A stretch of DNA of 64,000 nucleotides from Lama guanicoe (Eukaryota), in the NCBI GenBank assembly GCA_013239625.1, contig MU054001.1:62001-126000 (forward strand), given 5' to 3'. Position 1 is the stretch's first letter. Every line of letters begins with the position of its first letter. The notes beneath the pieces were generated by a model, which did no database searches, was not told the origin of the DNA, and was given only the letters and a program-made list of their open reading frames with translations. Below, in pieces: positions 26,651-39,869 of this stretch. A program made the position numbers and the translations under genes.

Positions 26651-28898
26651 AAAAAATTTTATGACCCAGGACATTCTATTCCTGGCTTTTAAAACTATTT
26701 TAACCTTTAACTCTGGTATAGAAATATACCGTCTTGAAAGCTGAGCTCGGACTTATGATCAATAAGGACAAGGAGAGTGTACAATATGCAACAGTCACGT
26801 CACAAGACCCCTGAGTAGTGGTCTCTTTTTACCTTAGATGATTTAGATTTGGGAACTGAGGCAGAGTTTAGAAGGCTTATTATATTAACCATCAGAATCT
26901 GACCCTCAAGCCTCCAATAACCTGGAGTTCCTAAAATATGACGCTACCCTCAACTTTGACATTTCTCTCTCCTGTTTGGATGGAGAAGCCTTTATTGAGC
27001 TTATATAGCAAAGGCAGGCTGGTCTTTGAATTAGCTCACCATTTGACTCTATAATAAAAGGCTTTTCACCAAATATCCTATTTCTATCTATTCATTAATC
27101 TCTGATAACCAAGTGTCTACTTCAAGGCACATTAGACTACCTAACAACTCCTGAAGATAAAAACAGGTCTCAGTGATGAGGAAGTCACTGGATTGTACAC
27201 AGATCATTCTTTGCAATTACATTATTTTGCATTAATAGAGCACTTTATATTCCCAAATCAGGTAATCTAGTAATTGTTCTTTCTTAACATCCAAAATAAA
27301 GGTTTATCTGCACGAGTCTATTTCAATGATGGAGACACAGAGAATTTAAGTAAGTCCTTTTAAGTGGGCCTGAGAACTGATTTACTGGAACCATGAGTTT
27401 CAGGTTTAGGATTTGTGCTCTGCTCAAAAGATCAAGGTTTCTGTTCTCTTTGGGGATGCCAGTGACATTAAAGAGTAACTCATTTCTAAAAGTGCTGTGA
27501 GCTGGCAAAAAGCAGAATCTGGGCATCAGTTTGGCTAATGGAAAAACAAGAAGGAAAACAATTTAAATAATCATATTTAAATAACGTTAATGGTCACATT
27601 CATGATACATTTCTTTACCTATTATTTTATAAAATCATACTTAAATACCACATTCTTGTAAAAAAAAAAAGGGCTTGCGTAATATTGGAAAAAGAGAGAT
27701 AGTCGTGTATTCTAAAAAGAAAAAGGGTGAACTCCAAAAAACAAAGCAGATTTCCCTAAAAATATATTAAAATTCACAGGCAAAAATATGACAGGACTAT
27801 CTACAAATAATGCCATTGAAATAGTTACTCCAGTTTTTCAAAATTTGGTAGTTTGCTGTAAGAGAGAATCTTAATTACGCAAGGAAATGTTCAGAGAGTT
27901 AGTACACATGGGGTTTATGACTCTTAAGTTTTATATCAGTATATACTTCTCATTTTATCCTTTCTATCTTTTTTTTAACGAACAAAATAGAGTAAGTGCC
28001 CTAGGCACTTGATTACCTAAAATAGAATAAAGGGCAGCCAAAATGAGAGTAATCAAAAACAGAGAGTAAGAGAAGTACATGCTCTAACTCCCCCATCCTA
28101 TGAAAGCTATCAGGCTGAAAATTCTTTGAGCCCCAGAAAGAAAAAGGCATTCAAGAGGAATCGTCCACCAGCCCGCAGGAGAAGACTAGGGAAGACAAGC
28201 CACGCTGACATTTACGACCACATCAAAGCCAAGGCAGGGACACCCTCACCCAGGCCTCGCCACTGGGGTGCGTTTCCCAACCACTGCACTGTGCAATCAG
28301 TGGAAACTGACGAACCATGCCTTCAGCCCTCAGGGGACTTGTTTTGATGTGTCATCAGGAGAAGGGTGGTCACTGCTGGATGGACCTACCACTTGGCCAC
28401 CAGGTCTTCCTCTGTGACAGGCCCTACCTCACAGGGGTGCCATCAACATGACGCGAGATAACGAACATGAAAGCTCTCCTGAGCCACGAACAGGAAACAC
28501 CAATAGATGGTTTAGCTATTGTTAGGGCTGTTGGTCCCTCAGTCCGTGTCCCTCTGCTGTGATTCTAACCGGGCTGGGCTATCTTGCTCAGTTTTGCCTG
28601 GACACACTGACAGCAGAAAAGAAAAGCTCCGTAAGGTGGGGCAGCCAATACGAGAGGCACTACGGTGTGGAGGTCAGTGGTGCAGGCTCGAAAGCCACAC
28701 TGCCTTGCTTTTGGAAACTTGGCTCTGACATTCTCTAGTGGTGATCTCAGGTAAGTCAGTTAAATTCTCTGCATCTCTTTTTTTTTTTCCCCAGTAACAT
28801 AAGAATAATGAAGAGTACTGATTTAATAGGCTTGCTGTAAAGAATCAATAAACTAATATATATAAAAAGTTTAAAGAGTGGTTGGCATTTGGTAAGTC

Positions 28899-29505
28899 TG
28901 AAGGAGAAGTAACAAGATGGCTGCGCTTAGGCTAACTAATTCCTGGCCTTATACCTGTTGTTTGCTTTTAAAACAGTCAGCAAATCTGACTGACCGGACA
29001 CTGCCCCCAGCCCCAGGCCCATTGTTACAATTAGAGTTAGGGTTCTTAATTTTCCTGTTTGTTTTACCTCACTCTGGCAATTGAAATTTACAATCATGTT
29101 TGGATTCTGAGTCATTCACCTAGAAAGGGAGTTACCGGAGAGTAACCAGACCCTCTGAAGTTCCTCCTGGCGCCTAATGAGTCTGATCAGATAAAGAAGG
29201 TCACAGGCTGATAACCCTCCAGATCCCCGGACGGTCCCCTGCTGCTGGACAGACTCGCCGGGATTTAGGAGGAAACTTCACCATTGACTCTTGCTGATTG
29301 ACAGCCCCTTTTACTCTCCAATTTGTTCACTATATAATCACTAAGCCCCAACCCTAAGACAGGTTCCCAGTTTTGAAGGCACTAGCCTCTGTGAGTCCCC
29401 TTTGCCTGGCAAAGTAATAAAGCTGCCTCTCTTCTTCTAAGCTCCAAGACCGGGTCTCTGAATTCTTTGGCTAGTCAGGGACGAGCAGCCGATCTTTCAG
29501 CAACA
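28899..29505 (+). mobile_element. ERV1-class solo LTR (607 bp) inserted into a MIR
   Basis: TG...CA ends; 4-bp TSD AGTC (28895-28898 / 29506-29509); TATATAA 29331-29337; AATAAA 29416-29421; interrupts the MIR 3' end ggtaagtc|ctcaataattagc. Confidence 0.85.
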
Positions 29506-29686
29506 AGTCCTCAATAATTAGCCTCTACCATTACACCACTACTACTATTATTACCATCACCATCATTCTGACTATTATTTCTAGTGTTGATATATTAGGG
29601 GAAGGAAACAACACTCTTGTAGAGGGTCGGTCACCGTCTGGATGCCCTCCTCGTATGCTGAATCAGGAGCCAAACTGCCTACTCAC

Positions 29687-29822
29687 CATAGGAGACAGAA
29701 TCCCCGTGGGCTATTTCCTTGAAGAGACCAGAAACATCGAGGTCAGGCACCCCAAGGGAAGCCTGCAGAATGGTGGAGAACTCTTCCTCCGTTATGAAGC
29801 CATCCTCATCAACGTCAAAGAG
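29687..29822 (-). CDS. LPCAT2: LPCAT2 coding exon 13, 136 nt (EF-hand loop DVDEDGFITEEE)
   Basis: cttcag|LFDVDEDGFITEEEFSTILQASLGVPDLDVSGLFKEIAHGDSVSY+G|gtgagt; visible in ORF track 29679..29876. Confidence 0.97.
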
Positions 29823-31075
29823 CTGAAGGGAAAAGAAAAGAAGAATTAGCTCTCCCAGAGCAGTGGTGGTCTGCAATAATCCTGGAAAGTAAACTCTTTA
29901 GTAATTTAAGCATTCATTGCGCCAGAGGCTAGGGATAGAGGCCCAAAAGAAAGGATGGTCTCTGCTTTCTTCACTATACTTGTGGTTTAGTGGTAGAAAG
30001 AGACAGAACTAAAATAGGGGCGATGACAATATTAAGTACAAAAGCACAGGGGAGTTCCATGGAGGACAAGATGAGTCCCACCCAAAGAGGTCAGGGAAGG
30101 CTTTATGACATTTGAGTTGGGTCTTAGAACAGGAAGAGAGAGTCCCAGAATATACAAGGCGTGGGAGATGATTGCCTGGGGCTCAAGTCAGGAGACAGAC
30201 AAACAGGAGTCAGATCGTGAGGGATATTTGAGGCCTCCCCTAACCTTGCAGGATTACAATGGGGAGGCCTGTGGTGTGATCCTATGTGAACTGAGGGAAC
30301 TCTCTGAGGCAGACTGTGGAGGACAGGGACGAGGGCAGAAGGTTGAAAAGACTAAAGGCAGGAAAAACAATTAAGAGTCTGGGGTGGAGAAGCAGGAAGG
30401 GTGGGGAGGGACAGAATTTATCAGGAAGCAAAGCCAGGCCTTGCCTACCAATTAGAGGTCTGCAGTGATGGAAAAGACGGCGCCAACGATGGCCGAGGTG
30501 TTCCAGCTTTGGCAAGTGGGTGAACGTGGGTTATGTTACCAAGAGTGGGAGAACAGGTACCCAGTGAGGTCAAGGGATCGACCAGAAGAGGTTAAATTTG
30601 AGTAAGAGGCACCAGAAGGAAGTAAGATTCAACACATCAGCTCAGGAGAGTGATAAGGCTCTAGATAGGAAATCAGGTAAGAACTGAAACTCCAAGCATG
30701 TTTGAGCTTATCTGTGGAAAATGCAGAGTCAGGCAGAGCCCTGGGAACAGCAAGAGCTGAGGTGTGTGCAGGGAAGAGGAACTTCTTTCTTGCAAACAAA
30801 CAAATAAAACTTGGAAGCAGTCAAGGAGATGGAGAACCGGAGGCACATGCATCTTGGAAGCTAGAGAAGGCTTTTAGGAAAGAGGAAGAAACTCCAACCA
30901 TAGTAATGGCCAGCACAGTAAAATGCCATAGGGAGGCCAAGCAAAAAGCAAGAAGTTTTGCTGGATTTGGCGATTAGGAGATCCTGATGACGGATGGAGG
31001 TGAGACTCCAGGAATGAATGGAGGAGAGGATTGGAGGCCACAGGCACGGACTCTTCTCAAGAAATTATGAGAATA

Positions 31076-31142
31076 CCACTATGCTGTACACCAGAAACTG
31101 ACACAACATTGAAAATTGACTATATTTCAATTATAAAAAAAG
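31076..31142 (+). mobile_element. Very short L1 3' terminal insertion
   Basis: tgctgtacaccagaaactgacacaacattg...tcaattataaaaaaa, flanked by aagaaattatg repeats (31059 / 31144). Confidence 0.7.
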
Positions 31143-31374
31143 TAAGAAATTATGGAATAAAGGACAGGAAATAAATGGGGTAGTAGCCATGCATAAATGT
31201 AAACTGCTTCCAGGAAGGGAGAGACTGAATATGTTGATGGGTAGAGGGGAAAAGGCAGAAGGGTGGGATCAACTGAAAGTTGAGCAGAAAACCAGGGTAA
31301 CTGACAGATAATTAACATCCATAATTAAAATCCTCTCCAGGGTATTAACATTTTTTAATGATATTAGCACTGAT

Positions 31375-31580
31375 CAAACGTATTCGAATCACTTTGTAAG
31401 TATTAACTCATTTAACCCCAAAAAGTCTTATGTAAGGGAGTGTCGTTATTAACCCTATCTCACAGATGAGAAAGCTGAGGGACAAGGAAGTCGGGTAACT
31501 TCCCCAAGGTCACCCAACTTGGAAGTGGTCAAGCTGGCACCCAAAGGCAGGCAGGTGACATCTAGAGTTCCTGCTGTTAG
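31375..31580 (-). mobile_element. MIR SINE
   Basis: attaactcatttaa...cacagatgagaaagctgagg...gtaacttccccaaggtcaccca. Confidence 0.7.
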
Positions 31581-32652
31581 GTATTCACTTCCGACCAAAT
31601 ACGTGATCAAAAAAGGCATTGGATAAGGTGTGATAACCATGAAAAGAACAAGCAAATATTGAAGAGTGTTGTGACTGTCCATTAGGGTGGGAGGAGGAGA
31701 CTCTAATTTGAAGTTGTGACCTGCTGCCTCCAGATGAGAAAGCACAGACTTCCAGTCCGCTGGCTGCCACCCAGCCCCTGGAGAGGGGACAAGACAGTTG
31801 GAAAGTGAAAAGTGAATTAGCATTTGTTTCCACAAACGGTAGCCCCAGGGCTCTTTATGGGCCCTGGACTTTAGAGTAACTGCCAGGGTTCAATCCCAGC
31901 CCCTCTTCTCACAAACTCTAGGTTTTCTTTAAAACTCCTCCATTCCTAAACAATTCTCATCAACTCATCTAATGGTCTACATTCCTGTCACACTTGGTGC
32001 CTTGGTGGCTCTCACTTCTGTGTAAGTTCCCTTCACACATGCATCCTGGGGACTTTTACTTCCTCTCCACCTGTCCTTCGTCACAACTACCCCAGGTTGT
32101 TCCCCTCACAAAAAGCCCTCAATTGCTCTCAATTATTCATCACTCTCAGGAGCCTCCCTGCCGCAAAGTTCCCAAATCTAAGGTAAATCCCATGCTCCGG
32201 GCTCTGGTTGAAGGTTTAACATCCCGGTTTCCTTTGAGAATAGGGGAGTGATAGCTCCCCAATGCAGAGTGCTGGGGGACTCTGAATCAAAAGATCCTGT
32301 TTTTCCCAGCAAGCACATGGTCCACGATCATATGGACCTTCCCTGGAATATGAACGATGAACAGGGCTGGAGTTTGCTCTCTCTAACCGCAGTGCCCAAG
32401 GAAAGTGGAGAGCAGTTCCTGTGGCTGGGGCCTCTGGAGCTGCCTGCTTTTGAGTCTCCCCTGGAGCCTACTCGCTGTCCTCACAGCTGATTCCCCAGCC
32501 AGAGTCTACGCCTACCGCTTACAACTGAAGAACGCTAATATTCTGCCTCTAAAGGTCACTGAGATGATGAAATAAGATCAAAGGTGGGAAGTTAACTTCC
32601 CGTGTGAAGTGATGATGTGACGTGCTACCCAATAAAAGGATGTGAATGGATT

Positions 32653-32717
32653 GTATATGTATGTATATATGTACATATATATGTGTGTGTGTGTATGCAT
32701 ATATATACACATACACA
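32653..32717. repeat. Compound (TA)/(TG)/(CA) microsatellite
   Basis: gtatatgtatgtatatatgtacatatatatgtgtgtgtgtgtatgcatatatatacacatacac. Confidence 0.8.
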
Positions 32718-33076
32718 TGGATACTACTAAATAAAAAACAGAAGCATGCCAAAATATTTTCAAAAACATCAAACACACGTGAGAAGGTTAAAAAAAAATG
32801 TAAAGCATGACTGTTGCCTTACTGAAAAAAGAGCTAATTATAGTTTTAGGTCCTCCTTTCTTCCTTTCTCCCCTCCTAAAAAAACCCCAAGGTCTAGACT
32901 GGAGAAAAATCTCAGGACTTCTCTAAAAACAATAATTACTATGATTAAGGGCCAAATTTTCCATCAGGCCTTTCATTGGTAAATTCAAACTGACCACTTG
33001 TCCAGCTGAACGTCTAATTACACAGACAATCCCAAAACAGAAACAGGAATATCTGGATCGGAATAAGTTAGCTCTG

Positions 33077-33857
33077 TGTATAATTTTAGGTTTTATGATG
33101 AATAAGTCTGCAAAAGCCAAAAGTTTTCAGCTTGGAAAAAGTTCTGGCCCTTGTCTTGTGACCATCTGCTAAACATCAACCTCTTAGGTTCTTTATAGGT
33201 CTGGCAGTTAACTCCGTTTAGACCAATCTGAAATAACCAGTCAGCTGGGGGACTCCTCTTGAAGTGGGAGGAAAGGCGGCAGGGCACAACCACTGAAGGG
33301 GTGACACAGCCATCGAGGACAGGACAAACTGGGCAGAACCAAGATGGCGGAAGACTCGACTTCCGGTAGACCTTGAGCCTCACGGCACACCCACAGGCAC
33401 CATGACAGTTCCCCGGCTGACCATAAAAGGTCAAAAAGTGGGCAGGGGGATGCTTCCTGGAAATCCTTGCCCCTTTCACAAAGTAGTTGGAATAATCCTC
33501 CCACTTATTAGCATATGAAATTACCGAGCCCATAAAACCTAACAACGCCACACCTCGTGGTCGCTCTCGCTCTGTCCCTCTCACCTTCTGAGACGGCCCG
33601 CACTCTGTCTTTGAAGCGTGTATCTACTTTTACTCTAAACGGACCCACCTCTCGGTCTCTCTCCCTCTCCCCTTTCTGAGATGGCCCACATTCTGCCCAT
33701 GGAGTGTGTATCTCCTAAACTGTTTTCCCTTCGGAGTGAGACAGACTGCACTCTGTCCTCAGAGTGTATATCTCTCTAAATACGCTTCCTTTCACTTTAC
33801 CACGCCTTGCTCTTGAATTCTTCCCTGCGCGAGGCAAGAACCTAGTCTCCCCCAACA
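33077..33857 (+). mobile_element. MER41-like ERV solo LTR (781 bp)
   Basis: TG...CAACA ends with CTCTG direct repeats (33072-33076 / 33858-33862). Blocks ccatgacagtt, gaataatcc...ttagcatat and ctttcacttta...tgaattctt...tgcgcgag...caagaacc resemble recalled MER41 consensus. Confidence 0.75.
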
Positions 33858-34918
33858 CTCTGTCAGTGAGAGAACACGCGGAAATTCTGAGGCCATACCT
33901 TAGGCCTCTAAGATGTGAGAAAGGGCTCTGAGAGAAAAGAGAGTCTTTCTAGGTGACAGAGGGGTAAAAACTTGTGGAGGACACAGGGGGATCTTCTCAG
34001 AGAAAATTAGAAGAAACAAGAGTAGAAACAGGCCTGGAGAGGGTCCTCAGCTGTCACAGTGGATGAAGCAGAGATGCAAGTGGCTGAGTGATAAGAGGCA
34101 ACACACCCAGCTTGGGGAGACAAGCAGGGAGATTGAGTTTTTGTTTCACTTGAGAGCAGACCACGTGAGATTAGAATTCTGAAGGGAACATCCCTTTTTA
34201 AACACCAGTTAGACAAAGCACCTTTCATCTCAGAAGAACCAAAAATGCACTCTGGGGATGTACTCTTCTCTTTGCACAGATAAGTAATACATGGAATCTG
34301 AGTTTTTCATCATTTGAACCTCCATGAAGTTCTATTGGGGTCTGAGGCCAGGGATTTTAGTCGTCTGCCTTCCCACCCCCCACACTGCTGCGACCATATA
34401 TGTGATACTACAGGAAAACACACGGGGTGGAAACGTGAGACGTTTCTGATGGTGTTCCGCTGACACCACCAGCACAAAATAAACTCCATCAGGAAAAGAC
34501 CACCTCCAATATCTTCAACATACAGAATGAGAAAATCAGGATGGATGAGAACTTTCTGCATGCTGAATTTGGATGACCAGTGACAGACAGGTGGTGTCTA
34601 TTTACAACCTTACCTTGGGGCTTCAAAGGAGGGAGGCTGAAAAGAAACCATTTTTAAGCTAATTAATTAAATCATCTGCTCTTCGATCTTGATGCTGTTA
34701 ACTAGGCTGCTTCCAAAGACTTTTTTTTTTTTTGCTTAAATGATGCTTGTGTTTTCTTCATTCTCAGTAGCAACTGTCTTAATCACATTACCCTCCTGTA
34801 CATGTCACCACGGATCTATAAACACTTGTAATAGATGCACTGATTTTCAAATAATACACTTAGCGTCAACACTTGTTTACGAGACAGACTACGATGCTTT
34901 CAGTGGGGCTGACAGTAC

Positions 34919-35017
34919 CTTAAATGCCACCTGGATGATTTCCTCTGTGTTGGCAGGGTTGCACAGGACAGCCAGGCCAATTACATACTCTCGGAAGTCA
35001 ATACTGCCATCATGGTT
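34919..35017 (-). CDS. LPCAT2: LPCAT2 coding exon 12, 99 nt (completes EF-hand loop DRNHDGSIDFRE)
   Basis: cacag|NHDGSIDFREYVIGLAVLCNPANTEEIIQVAFK|gtactg; phase 0/0. Confidence 0.96.
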
Positions 35018-37361
35018 CTGTGAAAGGATGGGAGAAATCAATTAGCAGGGCCACTGGTCGAATTACCATTAATCACAGCCCGCAGGGTAAAATTCAGGCA
35101 TGCCATGCAGCTCAACATCATTGTGCACTGAGATGGAACAGCCAGCAAGCGGCCCCGCCCATTCCCAATTCAGAAGGAGGAAAAATATATTTCTGTTCAG
35201 CCACAAATATAGACATTTTATCACTGAGGCTCTTTGGGAGCAGCTCTACGGTTCTCAGCATGGGTCCCGGAGCTCCGCCTTGATGGGAGCCTCTCTGGGA
35301 AGCAGGATGGAGGATTTCATCCCAGGTGGGACTGAAGCCTTCCTTCCTCTGTGGTTGGTACCCTGCCATGACGGCCAACACCAATGGGTCATTAAGAGAC
35401 CCTCTACATGTAGGAAATAGAAGGAAAAGGAGAAGGCCAAACTGAGGCAATGATCACAGCTGCAGCTTTTCTTCTTTCCAGGCTGAATTTGCCATAAAGC
35501 AGGAGAACAGAGTAAAGCTGAGCAACCTCAATGGCCCCTTCGTGACATGAGGCCCTAGAAGACCCTGCACTTGTAAACCTCTGGAAACTGAACCTCATGA
35601 GTATGATGCTAATGTCTATACCCTCAGGTGTTTCATGACGACAACAGAAAGAAGAGGTTGGTCATCCTGATCCATGCTAAGTACAGAGTTTTCCCCACAC
35701 ATGAACTACTCACCTAGACAGGACACTGCGAGGATGAAATGGGGAGAAAGGAGAGAGAGCCTAAGGAAGGGAGGAGGTGGGGGGGGCGGGAAATAGGAGG
35801 ATGGGAACGAACAAGAAGGGAAGGGGAAGAGGAGAAAGGAAAAGTGAGATGGAGAGTGGAAGAGAAAGTTGGAGGAGAGAGAAGGAGGGAGAAAGAGAAG
35901 CGTCAATGAGCACGAGGATTACGATCCAGGTGTGGAACCACAGTGGCAGCAAGATCTTCCAGTGGTGGATTCCTAGATAAACTCTGAACTAGTAACAACA
36001 AAGCTAGTGCGGTACTTGGTAGGTGAGCAAATAATGCTTGGCACGGAAAAGAGTGTAATCTTAAACTGTGACTAAGTGTCTTCATTTCAAACATCAAGGG
36101 TTCCCCCAGGGCGGGGACTGCCTTCCCTGTGTGCAGTCCGTATCTACAACATTGTCACCACCCCAGAAGTTTCAGAGAAGGCAGAGTTTTAAGGGACATA
36201 ATTTTCCCTGTTGTGTCACTACCATTTACTTTTTCCATGCACTATGTTCATTAGGCCTCGGAGACTGAACAGCTTATTGAACTGTGGCTATGTGCTCAAT
36301 AAAGGTTCTTCTGCAATCAGTTTTCTCCACTAAGCAACACAGACGGCTTGAACAGACGTTCTGAAGAATGGATAGAAGAATGATCTATGGACACTGAAGA
36401 CACAGTCACAGATAGTATGATTGGAAATCCTTCTTTGAATTTCTGTTGTATCTGTATTGTGAAGCATCCGACTTTTGTCTATACCACAGAACCCTATGTA
36501 TAACATAGGTCAAGCCTCATGACTTACTTTTCAGATGGAGAAACAGAAATATAAAGGAACTTTAATATTACTGCTAGTCACACAACAAGGTAAAACTCTG
36601 GACCCCTGATTTTCAGTAATAGTCTCATGTGAGAGGCTTTGGCAAAAGAATGTTAAAGTTGACTCTTCATAACCAATCACATGGGAAATGCTATGTTAGT
36701 TTTCATCCTCATAATGTGAAGGAGAAAAGGCAGCTTGGAAATTATTCTGAGAGGTTTTATTATTGGACTAATAAAATGATGCACTGTTAAGGTTCCAAAT
36801 TCAGAATAATAAAATTTAGAACCAGAAGGAATCTTAGAAATCATCCATTCAACTTCTATATTTTCCCTAAAGAAAAAAAATCAAAACATAAGTTTTACTT
36901 GAGGTCACAAAACTCACTGGTTATTGCCATAACTACAATTAAAATTTAGGTAATCTGACTCCCAATCTTTCAAATTAAAGCAAGTAACTTGATTAAATAA
37001 ATTCAAAAACAGAACATAAAGTATACAAGCAAAGGATAATAAAGGATACTCTTTCAATTTCAAATCAGTTTCATGCTAAAAAGTTACTCCTCAAATTTGT
37101 GGTTCTTTCCTTTAAAAACCAATTGAACTCCTCACGAGGAGGAGGAGTATTCAAATTCTGTAAATTCCAGTTACCCAGGAGATTCAGGGACGAGGTATTC
37201 TGTTTACCTCAAAATTCTTATTAAGGGGATATTTCTACCCACCTACGTAATTGTATGACCAATTTTCTAGGAATTAAATGGTTTTAATCCACTTAGCAGT
37301 AAAAATAAGACATTAAAAAAAAGTAATTCTGAAAGCACTTCAAGATCCATAGGTACATTAG

Positions 37362-37590
37362 GGGTTTGGAATTAATAGGTACACACTATATATAAAACAG
37401 ATACACAATGGGGACCTACTGTATAGCACAGGGAACTGTATTCAATTTCTTGTAATGAGCTGTAATGGAAAAGAATCTGAAAATATACACACACATATGT
37501 ATGTGCATAACTGAGCTGCTTTGCTGTACACCTGAAACTAATGTTGCAAATTGACTACACTTCAATAAAAAATAAGAATTAAAAAAACCT
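37362..37590 (+). mobile_element. 5'-truncated younger L1 3' end
   Basis: TSD ataggtacattag (37349-37361 / 37591-37603); actgtatagcacagggaact...gctgtacacctgaaactaa; A tail. Confidence 0.85.
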
Positions 37591-38966
37591 ATAGGTACAT
37601 TAGATAATCAGTGCCCTGCGGGTGCCTCCTTAAATATTTTTTTAAGGCCCTGCTGTGGGTTAGTTGTGAAACATTACTGATGAAATTTCTGACTGAGGTT
37701 AATCTATGAATCAACTTTTAAAAACACATGCCCTACTACTCAAAAAATATTTTCAAAGTGTCCTTTAAGATGATATACAAATTCTGAATATTTTTCAGCA
37801 TTTGCTGTTTTTTAGGTACAGAACACAGTTTTTCTCATTGCTATCGGTTATAGAATTCAGTGGACTGCGTCAAGGTTAAGGTGTTTTTCAAAATTATATG
37901 GGATATTTTGAAATTTTAAAATGTAGACATATAATGTCACATTTAAGCAAAATCATTATTTTCAACATACTATACTGATTGTATTGCTTTTATAAATTTA
38001 AGAATAATGAGGTGGAGGTCTATGAATCAAAGTCCTTCATCTTAGGCTATAAGTAGTCTTCCATGTAGAAAAGACAAAATTTTAAAGCAATTATCAGGTA
38101 AAAACTCCCTCTTACATTGAAAATGTGCCTTTAAAAACATCAAGTTAAAAAAAAAAGCCCATTGGATGGAAACTAAGAAATTCAATCACTTGTTAAGCTA
38201 TTGGTGGTATATAATGCCAAAGGTCTGGTTATTGGAAAAATCCAGGCTTTGGACTAAATTTTCTGGGATGCGCTCTAGTGCCTGAGGTTACCTGCACAAC
38301 TTTTACACAAATTCAGAAGAGAACAAAAGAGAAACTTACATAACTTCAGGATGCCTTGCCCTGTGTATGCAGGAAAAGCATCCTAAAAACAGGTAATCCC
38401 TTAACTAATACCACCCCTAGTGTGAGATAATTGTCTTAACTTTCATAAAACATTTAAAATGAAGTGAAGGGAGCAAAGTCAGCTACATTTTCTTTTCCCC
38501 AACCATCATATGGAAAGGTTACATTATAAACTTACTACTCTGAGACCTTAAAAAGCATCTTGGCAGCCTTCCCCTTTCCTGGCTATATTACTACTACGCC
38601 CATGCCTAACATGTTAGCGGGCTTACTCCAAAATAGGGATCCTGCTATTAATGTGTGGTTGCTGGCAGCTGCCTCATTGTTATATAACCACACCTGGTTT
38701 AAGCAGCTCATCAGACCAAGCTTAAATTACAAGTCCCCTGAGGAAGGTGGACGTGATCTCTGTGCGTGGCTCCACTCAGAATTATATGCACATGGTGTTT
38801 CATAAATACTATATGACAGTGATGATGGTGAACGCAGAGGCCAAATACCAACCTCTCCTAGTTTCGCTGGGGATTTCTAACAGGCAGCTGAGGGCTCTTA
38901 ACAGGTCAGTTATATCATTTTCATCGTTATAATTTTCCTCTAAATGAGTCAAAAGAGGAAGGATTT

Positions 38967-39496
38967 CAGCAATCTCACTCTTGGACAAACATTTGGAGAA
39001 AACTCTAATTCGAAAAGCTACATGCAACCCAATGTTCATAGCAGCACTATTTACAATAGCCAACACATGGAAGCAACCTAAATGTCCACTGATAGAGGAC
39101 TGGATAAAGAAGATGTGATATACATACACAATGGAATACTATTCAGCCATAAAAAGAATGAAATAATACCATTTGCAGCATCATGGATGGACCCAGAAAT
39201 TATTGTACTAAGTGATGTAAGTCAGAAAAAGAAATATGATATGATATCACTTATATGTGGAATCTAAAATGTGACACAAAGGAACTTATTTATAAAACAG
39301 ACTCACAGACATAAAAAACAAATTTATGGCTACCAAAAGGGAAAGGGGGTGGGGGGGGAGGGATAAACTAGGAGTTCGAGATTAGCAGATAGAAAGTATT
39401 ATATATAAAATAGATAAACAACAAGGTCTTACTGTATAGCACAGGGAACTATACTCAATATCCTGTAATAAACCATAACTGAAAAGAAAAAAAAAA
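38967..39496 (+). mobile_element. L1 ORF2 end plus partial 3' UTR
   Basis: ccaatgttcatagcagcactatttacaatagcc...aaaaagaatgaaataatacc; TSD-like aaaagag(g/t)aagg at 38951 and 39493. Confidence 0.85.
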
Positions 39497-39869
39497 GAGT
39501 AAGGCTTTATTTTCAACCTCAGGATGATCCTCAAAAGTAGACTGGGAGAGAGGAAATGCATTAAACATCAGAGAAGCAGGAGGGGTGGAAACCAATCAGT
39601 GGGCAGGTGAACAGAGCCCTGGTGAATGCAACCGCTTTAGCTGGGGCTACTGGCTGGGGACTCTGAATTGTGTGCCCCGCTGTCACCACCTGAATCAGAA
39701 TGAAAAAGCCAAACCAAGGGCCATTCACAAGAAAGGCACAACTACCCCGGCTTCTGGGCGGCAGTTTCTTCATACTCCTAGTTCCTTCTTTTGGGTGCTG
39801 TCGACACTGACTCCTGCCAGGTCTCACTTTTCTGTTGAGACTGAATCGAAAAACGGTCTTACCTTGAAG

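Noticed and set aside
33093..33584. 163-aa ORF
   Set aside because: Antisense reading of the LTR with a non-ATG start and no gag, pol or env motifs.
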